A stretch of 64,000 nt of DNA from Spirochaetia bacterium. Lineage in GTDB: Bacteria; Spirochaetota; Spirochaetia; SZUA-6; Bin103. The DNA lies in the NCBI GenBank assembly GCA_965199955.1, contig CBDATQ010000001.1, positions 832,001-896,000 of the forward strand. The letters run 5' to 3'. The notes beneath the pieces are model-generated. The model saw only the letters and a list, made by a program, of their open reading frames with translations. It searched no databases and was not told the origin of the DNA. Positions 19,076 to 30,730 of the stretch are shown here, piece by piece (the stretch's first letter is position 1; every line of letters starts with the position of its first letter). The position numbers and the translations under genes are program-made.

Positions 19076-20953
19076 CTATTCGCCGTCGAGCAGGTACAGG
19101 TACGTCGAGTCGAGTCCGTTCAGGGTGTCGTAGAACACGTTGCCCCACTTGTTGCGCACCGCCACGAAGCGGAACGGGTAGACGATGTACATCTTCGGCA
19201 CCTGGTCGAGCAGGATGCGCTGGTACTCGTCGTAGATCGCCTTCGCCGCCTCCTTGTCGATCGTGAAGCGGCCCTCGTTGTAGAGATAGTCGACGCGCGC
19301 CTCCCACTCCGTGTACGGCTCTTCCTGCAGCGGGTGCCACAGGTGGAAGTTGCCCTTGGACTGCCACACGTTGCTGCCGCCCTCCGGCCAGTAGTTGGAG
19401 CCGAGGGAGGCGGTGGCCACGTGCCAGTCGTAGGTGCTGATCAGCATCTCCACCAGCTTCTGGAAGTCGATCGGCCGCACGTTGCCGGTGATGCCGATCG
19501 ACTTCAGCTCGTCGGAGAAGATGTTCATGATGTCGACCCCGACGTTGTTCTCGGCGCCGACGTGGATGTCGAACTCGATGTGGTTGCCGTCGGCGTCCTC
19601 CATCAGCCCGTCCGCGTTGGGGCGGATGCCGATCTCGGCCAGCAGGTCGCGCGCCCGATCCGGATCGTAGTCGAACTCCTGGCGGATCGACTCGTCGAAG
19701 TAGGGGTTGGCGCGCGCGAAGAAGTGCAGCGCCGGCTCGGCCAGGCCGCGGTACACTTGGCTGGCGATGCGGTCGCGGTTCAGCACCGAGCTCATGGCCT
19801 GCCGGAACTTCTTCTGGCTGAACCAGCTATAGACCAACTGGTCCATGGTGTCCGGGTTCTGGTTGAAGGCGATGAAGGAGGAGCCCAGCGTCGGGCCGCC
19901 GTTGTACACGGTGTAGTCGGGGTCCTCGGCGTTGAGCAGCTCGTCCATGTCCTCGGGCCGCAGCGTGAAGGAGTCCTTCTTGCCCTCCTTGAACAGCAGC
20001 AGCTCCGTGTTCCAGTCCGGCACGATCTGGAAGACCAGCTTCTCGATGTAGGGCAGCGTGACGCCGGCCGCGTCCTTCTTCCAGTAGTTGGGGTTGCGCT
20101 CGGCCACGACGCGTACGCCTGGCTCGTACTCGGTGAGGTAGTACTCGCCGATCGAGGGAATGGTCGTCGGGTCGGTGTCGACGCTGAACAGGTTGAGCAC
20201 GCCCTCGGCGCCGTCCTCCTGCTTGGCCGGTTCGTACACGTAGCGCGGGCCGAAGTCCATGTTCGTGGACAGGATCGGGTTGGCGACGATGCGCGGGTAG
20301 TGGAACGCCACCGTGAGCTCGTCGATCTTCTCCACCTCGATGCGCGCCTCGGTGCCGTCCGGCATCTCGATGAACTGGCCGGCGTAGCCGGGCTGCTGCA
20401 GCCCCTGATCGCCCTCGATCTCGTCGTACCAGAAGACGATGTCGTCGGCGGTCACCTGCACGCGGGTGTCGGGATCGGCCAGCGTGGTCCAGTACAGGTC
20501 GTCGCGCAGGGTGTAGACGACGGTGAGCGTGTCGGCTTCCTCGTCGACCTCCACCTCGAAGCTGGCCAGGTTGGGGAGGAACTCGCGCGTGTACGGATCG
20601 TAGTCGGCCAGGGAGTCGAACAGCACGCCGACCACCGTCGCGGTGTCGCCGTCGCGGGCGGACATGGTGTTGAAGGTCTTGGGGTCGTTGTTGATGGCGG
20701 ACAGCCAGGTGCCGCCCACGGTACCCAGGGCCCACTCCTGGCCGCCGGGGCGCGTGACGGTCTTGGCCAGGATCTCGGCGCGCGCCCGTTCGCGCTCCGA
20801 CATCGCCTCGCCCTCGGTCATCTCTTCCTCGACCGCCCGGGCGCCGGCCGTCGTCGCCAGCAGGCCGAGCATGGCGGCGACGAGCGGCAGCAGGGAGATC
20901 GGTCGCGCAGTCCGGATCAGGCCGCGCACGGTCGTCGACTGATCGTTCTTCAT
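19076..20953 (-). CDS. Peptide ABC solute-binding protein (family 5)
   Basis: Signal peptide; DPKTFN, LRDDLYW, ERNPNYWK, LPYIEK. Confidence 0.9.
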   Translation of the reverse strand: MKNDQSTTVRGLIRTARPISLLPLVAAMLGLLATTAGARAVEEEMTEGEAMSERERARAEILAKTVTRPGGQEWALGTVGGTWLSAINNDPKTFNTMSARDGDTATVVGVLFDSLADYDPYTREFLPNLASFEVEVDEEADTLTVVYTLRDDLYWTTLADPDTRVQVTADDIVFWYDEIEGDQGLQQPGYAGQFIEMPDGTEARIEVEKIDELTVAFHYPRIVANPILSTNMDFGPRYVYEPAKQEDGAEGVLNLFSVDTDPTTIPSIGEYYLTEYEPGVRVVAERNPNYWKKDAAGVTLPYIEKLVFQIVPDWNTELLLFKEGKKDSFTLRPEDMDELLNAEDPDYTVYNGGPTLGSSFIAFNQNPDTMDQLVYSWFSQKKFRQAMSSVLNRDRIASQVYRGLAEPALHFFARANPYFDESIRQEFDYDPDRARDLLAEIGIRPNADGLMEDADGNHIEFDIHVGAENNVGVDIMNIFSDELKSIGITGNVRPIDFQKLVEMLISTYDWHVATASLGSNYWPEGGSNVWQSKGNFHLWHPLQEEPYTEWEARVDYLYNEGRFTIDKEAAKAIYDEYQRILLDQVPKMYIVYPFRFVAVRNKWGNVFYDTLNGLDSTYLYLLDGE

Positions 20954-21009
20954 ACCATCCAGTCTACCGCATGCAAGGTTTTCTTACCGCGCTCCGGTGC
21001 TGCCCAGAC

Positions 21010-21042
21010 AAGAAACCGCCCCACCCGGTGAAGGGTGGGGCG
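21010..21042 (-). terminator. Rho-independent terminator after the RhaS-like SBP
   Basis: CGCCCCACCC-N6-GGGTGGGGCG followed by GTTTCTT on the minus strand. Confidence 0.7.
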
Positions 21043-21067
21043 TCAGTAGCGCGTGATCGGCTACGGG

Positions 21068-22108
21068 TCAGCGGGCGGCCGCCTCCACGTTGTCCTTGTC
21101 GTAGACCGTGAACGGTCCCATCAGGACGCGCAGGCCCTGGTCCCTGGTGGGATCCTTGTGGATGGTGTACGTGCCCATGCGGCCGGCCTCGAAGGACTCG
21201 CCCTCGGCGGCCTCCAACTGCCCGGTGGCGATCAGGTAGGTCACGTAGTAGGTCAGGTAGCCCAGATCGACGAAGCTCCAGAGCGCGAACTCCGGCGCGC
21301 AGCCGTTCAGGGTGAAGCTCACCATCTCCGCCGGCAGGCCCAGGCCGCTTACCTTGATCTCGTCGCAGAGGTCCTCATCCTGCAGCGCCTTGGAGGCGGC
21401 GGCGATGCCGACCGTGGTCGGGGCCATGAGCAGCTTCAGGTCCGGGTACTTGTCGATGAGCGCCAGGGCCTGGTTGTAGCTCTTCTCCGACTGGTCGTCG
21501 CCGTAGACGATGTCCACGAGGTTGAGCGCCGCATACTTGTCGTCCTCCAGCGCGTTCTGCATCGCGGCGATCCAGGAGTTCTGGTTGGCGGCATCCGGGG
21601 TCGCCGACAGCACGGCGAAGTCGCCGCCGTCGGAGCCCAGGATGTTGAGCGCCATGTCGGCCATCACCACGCCGGTCTCGTCGAAGTCGACCTGGGCCAC
21701 GAACACCTGCTCGCCTTCCGCGGACGGAATCTGCGAGTCCCAGGTCACCACCGTCAGCCCGGCTTCGCGGGCCGCGACGGCGGCGGGAGCGATCTGGTCG
21801 CCGGCGTTGTTGGAGATCATGATGCCGTCCTGCCCCTGCGTGGTGGCGGTGGTCACGATCTCGATCTGGCCTGCGACGCTGTTCTCCGGGGTCGGGCCGA
21901 TGAACTCCAGCGTGCCCGGATTGCCGAGCTCCTCGTGCGCCTCCCGCGCGCCGTTGTGCGCCTGGTCGAACACCAGGATGCCGATGAACTTCGGCAGCAG
22001 CACGAGGTCGGCCTCCATGCCCTTGGTCGCCATGACCTGAGCCTGGGCGGCGCCCGCACCCAGGATCAGGGCGAGGGCCGATGCGGTAATCAGTCGTGTG
22101 ATTTTCAT
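21068..22108 (-). CDS. Sugar ABC solute-binding protein, RhaS/LsrB-like (CUT2)
   Basis: Signal peptide [59 protein letters not shown]. Confidence 0.85.
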   Translation of the reverse strand: MKITRLITASALALILGAGAAQAQVMATKGMEADLVLLPKFIGILVFDQAHNGAREAHEELGNPGTLEFIGPTPENSVAGQIEIVTTATTQGQDGIMISNNAGDQIAPAAVAAREAGLTVVTWDSQIPSAEGEQVFVAQVDFDETGVVMADMALNILGSDGGDFAVLSATPDAANQNSWIAAMQNALEDDKYAALNLVDIVYGDDQSEKSYNQALALIDKYPDLKLLMAPTTVGIAAASKALQDEDLCDEIKVSGLGLPAEMVSFTLNGCAPEFALWSFVDLGYLTYYVTYLIATGQLEAAEGESFEAGRMGTYTIHKDPTRDQGLRVLMGPFTVYDKDNVEAAAR

Positions 22109-22140
22109 GGCGCGGAGCCTCGTACGGCTCCGTCGGGAAG

Positions 22141-23145
22141 TCAAGATTGACGGCTGGCGGGAGCGCCCGCGATGCGGGCCAGGAAGCTGCGCACGTTCGG
22201 GATCATCGCGGACAGGATCAGCAGGACGCCGATGACGCCGGCCTGCAGGTGCCCGGTGATGTTGCTGAGCGACATGCCGTTGCGCAGGTAGAGCACGATC
22301 AGGATCGACAGCAGCACGCCGTAGATGGACCCGGCGCCGCCGAAGATGCTGACCCCGCCCAGCAGCACGATGGTGATGATGTCGAGCTCGAATCCCAGCC
22401 CCATGTCCCCGCGCACGGTGCCCAGGCGCGCCGCGAACAGGATCCCGGCCAGCGCGGACAGCAGCCCGGACGTCGTGAACAGCAGCATCTTGACCCGCGC
22501 GACGTTGATGCCGGAGTAGCGGGCCACCTCCTGATTGATGCCGATGACCTGCACCTGCCGGCCGAACCCGCTGTAGCGCAGGACCACTACCGCTACCACC
22601 AGGAGCCCGAAGAAAACCAGCAGCGAGAGCGGGAACGGGCCGAGCAGCGGCTGCTGGCCGAGCGCCTCGAACCACGCCGGGAACTCCTTGATGGAGCGGT
22701 CCTCGACCAGCACGCGGGCGAACCCCCGGAAGCCGATCAGCATCGCCAGGGTCACCACCAGGGACGGCAGGTGGACCACGGTGATCCAGAACCCGTTGAA
22801 CGCGCCGCCGGCGATCCCGATCAGGAGGCACAGAGCCAGCGCCGCCGGCATGGGGACGCCCTGCTGGATCAGCCAGCCGAGGGCGCAGGCGGACAGCCCC
22901 ATCATCGACGCGACCGACAGGTCGATCTCACCGTTGAGGATGATGAAGGCCATGATGAGGACGACGATCACCTTCTCGATCGAGAGGGCGAACAGGTTGA
23001 TCTGGTTGCCGACGGTCAGGAAGGAAGGCGAGGTGAGGGCGTTCATCGCCACGATGCCGAGCAACAGCCCGGCCAGGAAGCCTTCCCAGGTCTTGAAGCG
23101 GGCGCCGATCGCGGCCGCCAAGCCCGCGGGTCCGCCGCCGCTCAC
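22141..23145 (-). CDS. Sugar ABC permease (RbsC/RhaQ-like)
   Basis: [39 protein letters not shown] start overlapping upstream stop. Confidence 0.9.
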   Translation of the reverse strand: MSGGGPAGLAAAIGARFKTWEGFLAGLLLGIVAMNALTSPSFLTVGNQINLFALSIEKVIVVLIMAFIILNGEIDLSVASMMGLSACALGWLIQQGVPMPAALALCLLIGIAGGAFNGFWITVVHLPSLVVTLAMLIGFRGFARVLVEDRSIKEFPAWFEALGQQPLLGPFPLSLLVFFGLLVVAVVVLRYSGFGRQVQVIGINQEVARYSGINVARVKMLLFTTSGLLSALAGILFAARLGTVRGDMGLGFELDIITIVLLGGVSIFGGAGSIYGVLLSILIVLYLRNGMSLSNITGHLQAGVIGVLLILSAMIPNVRSFLARIAGAPASRQS

Positions 23146-24131
23146 GAGCTCCGCCTCCGCTTCATGAGCAGGCTGTCGACGGCCACCGAGACCAGGATCA
23201 GCAGACCGAGCAGCGCGTCGCGCAGGAACTCGCTCACCTGCAGCGAGCGGATCAGGCTGTTCTCCAGCAGGTCGATCAGGATCGCTCCCAGCACGGCGCC
23301 GAGCACGCTGCCGGCGCCGCCGAAGATGTTCACGCCGCCCACCACCACCGCGGCCACCGACTTGAGCTCCAGGCCGAGGCCGGCGACCACGGTGATGTTG
23401 CCGAAGCGGGCCAGGAACAGGAATCCGGCCAGTCCCGCCAGCGCCCCGCACAGCGTGAACGCCGTGAACACCAGCCCGCGGGTGGGAAACCCGGCGTGGT
23501 GGGCGGCCTCCGGGTTGGAGCCGATGGCGTACAGCCGGCGGCCGAACGACGAGTACTTGAGCAGGAGCTGGAAGAACACCGCCACCCCCAGCATGACGAC
23601 CACCACCACCCGCAGGTGCAGGCGTCCGAAGCTGACCACGTTGAGGCGGGGCAGATCGACCAGCCACTGCGGCAGGTTGACGGTGAGGATGGTCTGCGCG
23701 TCGGAAAACTCGACCAGCACGGTTCGGAAGAGGGCGAGGGTACCGAGCGTGACGATGATCGCGGGCACCCGGCACCAGGCGACGATGGCGCCGTTGCAGG
23801 CTCCCAGCCCGGCCCCGATGCCGACGCACATCAGCACCGCCACCAGCGGCGGGATGTCGTTGGCGAGCGAGAGCTGCTGGCCGACGAAGTAGGCGGTGAA
23901 GCCGACGACGGAGCCCACGGAAAGGTCGATGTTGCGAGTCAGCACCACCAGCGTCTGGCCGATGGCGAGGATGGCCAGGATCGTGACGCTCGCCGACACC
24001 CGGTTGAACAGGCGCGCGCTCAGGTAGTTCTGGATGATCAGCGAGAAGCCGACCAGCACCAGCACGATGAGCAGTACCAGCACACCCTCGCGACGGGTCT
24101 CGGCGCGCAGGCGGCCGGCGCGGAGTCTCAC
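23142..24131 (-). CDS. Sugar ABC permease (RbsC/RhaP-like)
   Basis: [39 protein letters not shown]. Confidence 0.9.
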   Translation of the reverse strand: MRLRAGRLRAETRREGVLVLLIVLVLVGFSLIIQNYLSARLFNRVSASVTILAILAIGQTLVVLTRNIDLSVGSVVGFTAYFVGQQLSLANDIPPLVAVLMCVGIGAGLGACNGAIVAWCRVPAIIVTLGTLALFRTVLVEFSDAQTILTVNLPQWLVDLPRLNVVSFGRLHLRVVVVVMLGVAVFFQLLLKYSSFGRRLYAIGSNPEAAHHAGFPTRGLVFTAFTLCGALAGLAGFLFLARFGNITVVAGLGLELKSVAAVVVGGVNIFGGAGSVLGAVLGAILIDLLENSLIRSLQVSEFLRDALLGLLILVSVAVDSLLMKRRRSS

Positions 24132-25678
24132 GGCGTCACGCCCCCTGCGGCGGCGTCCGCCGTCCGCTCCCGTTCGCCGGTCGCGAGCGACATGACCGCT
24201 TCCTGGGTGGCCTCTTCCCGTTCCAGGATGCCCATCTGCCGCCCCTCGCGCATGACCAGGATGCGGTCGCTCATCGCCAGCACCTCCGGCAGGTCGGAGG
24301 AGATGAAGAGGATGGCCATACCCTGCTCGGCCAGCTCCCGCACCATGGCGTGCACCTCGGCCTTGGCGCCGACGTCGATCCCGCGGGTCGGCTCGTCCAG
24401 GACCAGGATCCTGGGCCGGGTGTTCAGCCACTTGCCGAACATCACCTTCTGCTGGTTGCCGCCGGACAGCTTGGCGACCACGTGCATGGTGGACGGCGCC
24501 TTGATCTGCAGCCGCTGCCGGAACTCCTCGGCCGCCTCCTCTTCGGCGGCGCGGCGGATGAGGCCGAACCGCGACAGGTAGCGGCGCAGCACCGGCAGCG
24601 TGATGTTGGCCGTGATCGACAGCGGCATGGCCAGCCCGAACTTGCGGCGGTCCTCGGTCATGTAGGCCACGCCGGCCTGCTGGGCGGCCCGCGGCGAGGC
24701 GAGGCGCCGCTCCCGGCCGCCGATCTCGATGGTGCCGTGGTCGGCCGGCTGCATGCCGAACAGGGCCAGGCCCACGTCCGTCCGGCATGATCCCACCAGC
24801 CCGGCGAAGCCCAGCACCTCGCCCGCGTGCAGGTCGAAGTCGATCGCGGAGAACACCCCCTCCCGGCCCAGACCGCGGACGCGGCACACGTGCTCGCCGA
24901 CGGTCCGCTCGTGCCCGACCCCGTAGAACTGGTCCACCTCCCGCCCCACCATGTCGCGGATGAGGAGCTCCCGGGTCACCTCCGGCGCCGGCCGGGTGGA
25001 GACGTGCTCGCCGTCGCGCAGCACGGTGATGCGGTCCGCGATCTGGAACACCTCCTCCAGCCGGTGGGTGATGAACAGCACGGTGACCCCCCGGTCGCGC
25101 AACTGGCGGGCCGCCCGGAAGAGCTGGCCGACCTCGTGCTCGGAGAGCGACGCGGTGGGCTCGTCCATGATCAGGACTTTCACCTCGAGCGAGATCGCCT
25201 TGGCGATCTCCACCGCCTGCTGCGCGGCCAGGGTGAGTCCTCGGGCAGGGGCACGCACGTCGAGCCGGACGCCGAGGCTCGCCAGGATCTCCTCGGCCTC
25301 CGCGTACATGCGCCGCCAGTTGGTCAGCAGTCCCTGCTCGCGGTGGGTGATGAAGATGTTCTCGGCCACGTCCAGGTCCGGGAACAGCAGCGGCTCCTGG
25401 TAGACGGCGGCCAGCCCGGCCGCCTGCGCCTCCTGCGCGTTGGCCAGGTGGACCGCCTCCCCCTCGACGAAGATCTCCCCCGCGTCGCTCTGCACGACGC
25501 CGGTCAGGATCTTGATCAGGGTCGACTTGCCGGCGCCGTTCTCCCCGACCAGCGCGTGGATCTCGCCTGCGTGCAACGACAGGGACACATCGTCCAGCGC
25601 CTGCGTCATGTCGAAGCGCTTGGAGAGGTTGCGCACCTCCAGCACCGGCGCACCGCCGTTTGACAAGGGGTCGGTCAC
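24128..25678 (-). CDS. Sugar ABC ATP-binding protein (RbsA/RhaT-like, two NBDs)
   Basis: [37 protein letters not shown]. Confidence 0.93.
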   Translation of the reverse strand: MTDPLSNGGAPVLEVRNLSKRFDMTQALDDVSLSLHAGEIHALVGENGAGKSTLIKILTGVVQSDAGEIFVEGEAVHLANAQEAQAAGLAAVYQEPLLFPDLDVAENIFITHREQGLLTNWRRMYAEAEEILASLGVRLDVRAPARGLTLAAQQAVEIAKAISLEVKVLIMDEPTASLSEHEVGQLFRAARQLRDRGVTVLFITHRLEEVFQIADRITVLRDGEHVSTRPAPEVTRELLIRDMVGREVDQFYGVGHERTVGEHVCRVRGLGREGVFSAIDFDLHAGEVLGFAGLVGSCRTDVGLALFGMQPADHGTIEIGGRERRLASPRAAQQAGVAYMTEDRRKFGLAMPLSITANITLPVLRRYLSRFGLIRRAAEEEAAEEFRQRLQIKAPSTMHVVAKLSGGNQQKVMFGKWLNTRPRILVLDEPTRGIDVGAKAEVHAMVRELAEQGMAILFISSDLPEVLAMSDRILVMREGRQMGILEREEATQEAVMSLATGERERTADAAAGGVTP

Positions 25679-26652
25679 TCCCAGTGGAACAGCACGCCCA
25701 GCGCCTGCTCCGGGTGCTCGTAGAGCAGGTCGTAGCCGGCCTTCAGCTCCCGGCCGGGCAAGCGGTGGGTGACCAGCGGCTGCACCTGCACCTCGCCGGA
25801 GGCCATGCACGCCATTGAGGTACGGGCCATCGCGGCGCGGTCGGCCGAGGGCGGGTAGCTTACCAGCACGCGCTTGCCCTGGAAGCTGTCGACGTCGAGC
25901 GGCAGCGGCGCGTTCTGGTACTTGGCGTTCACCTGGATGAGCCCCCCGGGGGCGAGCATCTTCTGCGCCTGCTCGAAGGAGGCGATGCCGGGCGGGCCGC
26001 CGACGCAGTCCACGACGATGCTCGCTCCCTCGCCGCCGGTGAGCCGCCGCACCGCCTCCACCGGGTCCTCCTCGCCCGCGTGCACGACCTCGGGCGCGCC
26101 CACCTCGCGGGCGATGCGGCAGCGGATCTCCAGCGTATCCACGGCGATGAGCTGGGCCGGCCGGAAGCGCCGGGCGAACTGCATGACCAGGTTGCCCACC
26201 AGCCCCTGGCCCAGCACGGCGACGCGGTCGTCCGTGGTGATCTCGAGCGCCTGCGCCCATCCCGCGCCGCTGGTCGCGAGCGGATGGAACGTCCCCTGCT
26301 CGAAGGAGAGCTCCGGATGCAGGTGGTGCATGGGATGCCGCGCTTCGGCGGCGGTCGAGCACAGTGAGTACTCGGCGTGCGGGGCGGTGGCCACCACCCG
26401 GTCGCCGGTTGCGAAGCCTCTCACGCCGTCACCGGCCGCCTCGACGATCCCGGTGGTGGAGTACCCCATGGAGCTCGGGCTCACCGGCCCCTCCATCACG
26501 TAGCGCCGCCACAGCTCCGAGCCGCGGCTGATCAGGCTGACTCGGGTCCGCGTCAGCACCTCCTTCGGTCCGGGCTCGGGCACCGGCACCTGTTCCAGGA
26601 AGACGTTGCCGACGCCCTCACCCTTTGCCGCTCGCCACATCGTCCTTGCCAT
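25675..26652 (-). CDS. Medium-chain dehydrogenase/reductase (zinc-binding dehydrogenase family)
   Basis: [29 protein letters not shown]; strong SD AAGGAGG. Confidence 0.85.
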   Translation of the reverse strand: MARTMWRAAKGEGVGNVFLEQVPVPEPGPKEVLTRTRVSLISRGSELWRRYVMEGPVSPSSMGYSTTGIVEAAGDGVRGFATGDRVVATAPHAEYSLCSTAAEARHPMHHLHPELSFEQGTFHPLATSGAGWAQALEITTDDRVAVLGQGLVGNLVMQFARRFRPAQLIAVDTLEIRCRIAREVGAPEVVHAGEEDPVEAVRRLTGGEGASIVVDCVGGPPGIASFEQAQKMLAPGGLIQVNAKYQNAPLPLDVDSFQGKRVLVSYPPSADRAAMARTSMACMASGEVQVQPLVTHRLPGRELKAGYDLLYEHPEQALGVLFHWE

Positions 26653-26706
26653 CGCCGCTCCCTCCTTTGTCGGAGTCCCAATGTTCATAACTTATCCGCG
26701 ATCACG

Positions 26707-26982
26707 TCATCGATGCGCGAGCGGTGCGTCTCCACGTCGTGGATGGTGGTCTGTTCGGCCGCCTGTTGCAGGAGCGCCGGGATCGGCGTGCTTCAGTCCT
26801 CTCCTGAAGACGAACGCCGCCGCCAGCGACAGGGCGAGCGCCGCCAGCGGCGTGTGCCAGAAGTCGGGCGGCGCGATGCCCAGAAGCCGCCGGGACGGAT
26901 ACCACGCGACGAAGCAAACCGGCAGGACGGTCAGCATGCCGGCCAGCAGGAAGGAGCTCAAGCCGTCGAGCGGAAAAGTCAT
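26707..26982 (-). pseudogene. Fragment resembling the C-terminus of an ABC-2 family permease
   Basis: FPLDGL..LL..LTVLPVCFVAWYPSRRLLG...W.TP...FRRGLKH pattern; only 91 aa, no N-terminal part, no partner genes. Confidence 0.45.
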
Positions 26983-27066
26983 GTTGCGCGCGGGCTCCGA
27001 TTCGGACCAAGGTGTGCACTGCCTGAGCGCCGAGGAATCCACGACCGGCGTACGGAGAGCAAGTCC

Positions 27067-28899
27067 GTGGTGAGCTTTCACCATGTATCCAAGCATTACG
27101 GTGGCCATGATGTCCTGACGGGTGTCTCGTTCCAGATCAATCCCGGCGACCGGGTAGGGCTGATCGGGGCGAACGGCGTCGGCAAGTCCACGGTCCTGCA
27201 CCTGCTGCTGGGCGCGCAGCGGCCCAGCGCGGGCAACGTCGTGGTGGGCCTCGACCTCAAGATCGGGCACGTTCCGCAGCAGTTGGAAGCCCCGACGGCG
27301 ATGAAGGTGCGGGACTTTCTGCTGGGTCAGGTGGCGCCCGTGGAGGAGGCGCTGCGGGCTGCCGAGCGCGCCCTTGCGGAGGCCGCCGACCGGCAGATGG
27401 CCGATGCCCTGCAGCGCTACCAGTCGGCCCGGGATCGCTATGACGCGGCCGGCGGCGACCAGGCCGGCTGGCAGGCCGATCGCGTCCTGCAGCACGTCGG
27501 ACTGACCCACGCGGGCGCGGCGACCGTGGGGCAGCTCTCCGGCGGCGAACGGAGCCTGCTGGCGCTCGCCCGCGCGCTGATGATGGACCCGGGGCTGCTG
27601 GTCCTGGACGAGCCGGGCAACCACCTGGACTACGCCGGCCTGGAGTGGCTGGAGGAGGCGCTCGTCACCTTTGCGGGAGCCGTGCTGCTGGTGTCGCACA
27701 ACCGCCGCCTGCTCGACCGCACCGTCACGCGCATCCTGGAGCTCAAGGGAGGCGGCGTCCGGGAGTACGCGGGGAACTACTCCGACTACCAGTTGACGCG
27801 GTTGCAGGCACTGGTGGCCCAGCGGGCCGACTACGTCGCATCGCAGAAGCGGCTCGCCCAGCTCAAGGCGCTGGTCGCCCGCCTGGCTGCCATCGCATCG
27901 GTGCGCACCGACAAGGCGCACGGCAAGCGCCTGCGGGCGCGGCGCACTCAGCTCGCGCGGGAGGAGAACCGGGCCGTGGCGCGGCCCGTCGTGAGGGACG
28001 CGGCCGTCTCCGTGGTGCTGCCGGAGGCCGAGAGCCGGGCGAACGTCGCGCTGCAGGTGATCGGCTACGACCGGAGCTTCGGCGACCGCGTGCTGTTCCG
28101 GGACGCCTACCTGGAGATCGCCTGCGGCGAGCGGCTCGCGCTGGTCGGTCCGAACGGGTGCGGCAAGAGCACCCTGCTGCGCGACATCGTCGCGCGCGGA
28201 GACTGGGAGCACCCGGTGCTGCGGGTCGGTCCGAGCCTGACGATCGGCTACTGCGCCCAGCACCAGGAGACGCTGGAGGAGGATCGGACGATCCTGGAGG
28301 CCTTCCTCGCCATGGGTCTGGGGAACCGGCAGGCGGTCCTGGCTGCGTTGAGCGGATACCTGTTCGGGTGGGACGACCTGGACAAGCCGGTAGGAGCCCT
28401 GTCCGGAGGAGAGCGCAACCGTCTGCAACTCGCCGCCGCGGTCCAGCGCAAGGCCAGCTTCCTGATCCTGGACGAGCCGACCAACCACATGGACATCCCC
28501 TCATGCGAGGCGATCGAGGACGCGCTGGTCGACTACTCCGGCACCGTCCTGGTGGTCAGCCACGACCGCTACCTGCTGGACAAGGTCGCCACCGCCGTGG
28601 TCGAGGTCCGCGATCACGGGCTGCATCGATTCGCCGGCGGCTTCTCCGAGTACTGGGCGCGGCGCAAACGGCGCGAGAGTCCGGCGGTCCCGGCCGGCGA
28701 CGGGCGCAAGCGGCATCCGGTCGAACCATCGATGGAGGCCCGCATCGAGCGCTTGGAGAGTGAGAAGGAGGAACTGGAGCGTCAGGTCTCCCAGGCCCTG
28801 CAGTCCGGCGATCGCGCTGCCGAGCGGCGCCACACCGCTCGCCTCCAACGCGTGGTCCGCCAGATCGACCGTCTGTATGAGGAGTGGGCCGGCAGTTGA
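27067..28899 (+). CDS. ABC-F family ATP-binding protein
   Basis: Two NBDs (GANGVGKST/LSGGE/DEPGNHLD; GPNGCGKST/LSGGE/DEPTNHMD), YAGNYSDY linker, no TM segments, C-terminal coiled coil. Confidence 0.9.
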   Translation: MVSFHHVSKHYGGHDVLTGVSFQINPGDRVGLIGANGVGKSTVLHLLLGAQRPSAGNVVVGLDLKIGHVPQQLEAPTAMKVRDFLLGQVAPVEEALRAAERALAEAADRQMADALQRYQSARDRYDAAGGDQAGWQADRVLQHVGLTHAGAATVGQLSGGERSLLALARALMMDPGLLVLDEPGNHLDYAGLEWLEEALVTFAGAVLLVSHNRRLLDRTVTRILELKGGGVREYAGNYSDYQLTRLQALVAQRADYVASQKRLAQLKALVARLAAIASVRTDKAHGKRLRARRTQLAREENRAVARPVVRDAAVSVVLPEAESRANVALQVIGYDRSFGDRVLFRDAYLEIACGERLALVGPNGCGKSTLLRDIVARGDWEHPVLRVGPSLTIGYCAQHQETLEEDRTILEAFLAMGLGNRQAVLAALSGYLFGWDDLDKPVGALSGGERNRLQLAAAVQRKASFLILDEPTNHMDIPSCEAIEDALVDYSGTVLVVSHDRYLLDKVATAVVEVRDHGLHRFAGGFSEYWARRKRRESPAVPAGDGRKRHPVEPSMEARIERLESEKEELERQVSQALQSGDRAAERRHTARLQRVVRQIDRLYEEWAGS

Positions 28900-28912
28900 C
28901 TCACCGTGGCGT

Positions 28913-30730
28913 CTATCGGGTTTCTGTACGAGCCGGCGGCGTCAGAGTCAGGGATGGGTCGACCTCTCCGCCGACGAGCGGTCCCCGCTCACGCGTAAGG
29001 CGCTCCCGGAGCGCGGTGGTCGCGGTCGCGTCGAGCCGGCCGGGCTCGTCCAGAACCACCCCGTAGATGTCGCGCGCGTGGGCAGCGGTGATCTTGCCCT
29101 GCACGACATCCTGCCGCACCGCCTCCGGGTCGCGCTCGAGTGGGTCTCCGTAGCCGCCACCGCCCGGTTGAACCAGCCGGTAGACGTCGCCGCGCTTGAG
29201 GGTACGCAGGAACTTGCCCGGCAGCCGTTCGCCGCCGTCGGCGCAGTCCGGGTTGAGCAGGTTGGCGCCGGCCGAGCCGGGTGAGCCGCCCTGGGTGCCC
29301 CAGGGCAGGAAGCGGGCGCGGTCGGAGCGGATCTGCAGGATCGCCTCGTCGTGGGTGACTTCGTACTCGCGTACCAGCCCCAGGCCGCCGCGAAATCGGC
29401 CGGGGCCGCCGGTGTCGGGAACGAAGCCGTAGCGGCGGATGAGCAGCGGCTGCGAGGCTTCGATGGTCTCGATCGGAGTGTTGGCCATGTTGTGCACGGG
29501 CGCGGTCAACCCGTCGGCGCCGTCGGCGTTCGGCCCGCCGCCGCGCGGGCCGTCGTTGTTGAACTCCAGGAACACGAAGGCGCGGCCGTCCGGGTAGTAA
29601 CCGCCGAAGCTGACGCCGAACTCGCCGCCGCCCCAGGCAGCCGGCACCCGGTCGGGCAGGGCCTTGGCCAGCGCCCCGAACACGGCCTGCGCGATGCGGA
29701 AGCCGCCGAGCCCGCGGGCTGCGACCGCGGCCGGGTGCTGAGGATTGACGAAGCAGCCGGGCGGCGCGCTCACAGTGATCGGCCGGAAGAAGCCGGCGTT
29801 GGCGTCGATGGCAGGATCGGTGAGGGTCTTGAGCACGGCGTACACGGCCGAGGTGGTGTAGGGCAGGTTGGGGTTGATGGAGCCGGTCGCCTGCGGCGAG
29901 GTGCCGGCGAAGTCCGCGGTGAGCTCGTCGCCCGCGATGGTCACCTGCACGCGGATCTCGATCGGTTCCGGGCGGATGCCGTCGCCGTCGATGAAGTCGG
30001 AGAAGCTCCAGGCCCCGTCCGGCAGGGCGGCGATCTCGGCGCGGGTGCGCCGCTCGGTGTGCTCGATGATGTCGCCCATGTAGCCGCCGAGCCGCTCGAT
30101 GCCGTGATCGGCGGCGAGCGCCAGCAGGTCCTGCTCGCCTTGCTCCAGGGCCGCCACCTGCGCCAGCAGGTCGCCGTGCACGAGCGACGGCACGCGGACG
30201 TTGCTGCCGATGATCCGCCACACGGCGTCGTTGCGCTGACCGGCGGCAATGAGCTTCAGCGGGGGCAGGCGCAGCCCCTCCTGGTAGATCTCGGTGTTGT
30301 CGCAGGCGTTGCCGCCGGCCACGCGGCCGCCGATGTCGGTATGGTGGGCGATCACACACAGCCAGGCGATGAGCGTGCGTTCGGCGAATACGGGCTTGAA
30401 CAGGAAGATGTCGGGCAGGTGGCTGGCGCCGGAGTAGGGGTCGTTGCTGGCGAGGATGTCCCCCCGCTCGACGTCCCCCTCGAAATGGGCGAGGACGCCG
30501 TCCAGCGCGGGCTGCATGGCCCCCATGTGGAACGGCAGGGTCAGCCCCTGGGCCACCTGCTCGCCGGCGGCATTGAACACGGCGGTGGAGAAGTCCATTC
30601 CGTCCTTGACGACGGCCGAGCGGGCGGTGCGCACCACGGTCACGGCCATGCTGTCGGCGGCGGACACCAGCGAGCTGCGGACGACCTCGCGGGTGACCGG
30701 GTCGCGGGGCGTGGACTGGTCCGCCATCAT
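28913..30730 (-). CDS. Hydantoinase B/oxoprolinase family protein
   Basis: DFSTA, NDPYSGASHLPD, HHTDIGG, EIYQEG, NTPIE, GGGGYGDP. Confidence 0.93.
   Translation of the reverse strand: MMADQSTPRDPVTREVVRSSLVSAADSMAVTVVRTARSAVVKDGMDFSTAVFNAAGEQVAQGLTLPFHMGAMQPALDGVLAHFEGDVERGDILASNDPYSGASHLPDIFLFKPVFAERTLIAWLCVIAHHTDIGGRVAGGNACDNTEIYQEGLRLPPLKLIAAGQRNDAVWRIIGSNVRVPSLVHGDLLAQVAALEQGEQDLLALAADHGIERLGGYMGDIIEHTERRTRAEIAALPDGAWSFSDFIDGDGIRPEPIEIRVQVTIAGDELTADFAGTSPQATGSINPNLPYTTSAVYAVLKTLTDPAIDANAGFFRPITVSAPPGCFVNPQHPAAVAARGLGGFRIAQAVFGALAKALPDRVPAAWGGGEFGVSFGGYYPDGRAFVFLEFNNDGPRGGGPNADGADGLTAPVHNMANTPIETIEASQPLLIRRYGFVPDTGGPGRFRGGLGLVREYEVTHDEAILQIRSDRARFLPWGTQGGSPGSAGANLLNPDCADGGERLPGKFLRTLKRGDVYRLVQPGGGGYGDPLERDPEAVRQDVVQGKITAAHARDIYGVVLDEPGRLDATATTALRERLTRERGPLVGGEVDPSLTLTPPARTETR

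Noticed and set aside
18212..21031. Very long antisense ORFs (e.g. 939 aa at 18212..21031, 718 aa at 54363..56519, 712 aa at 42040..44178)
   Set aside because: Shadow frames opposite well-supported genes; expected at this GC content; no motifs
26377..27066. N-terminal 230-aa extension of the ABC-F ORF
   Set aside because: Overlaps opposite-strand genes and is low-complexity; SD and domain start support GTG 27067
27067..28899. ABC-F as an antibiotic-resistance (ARE) determinant
   Set aside because: Subfamily cannot be assigned by eye; housekeeping ABC-F proteins look the same at motif level
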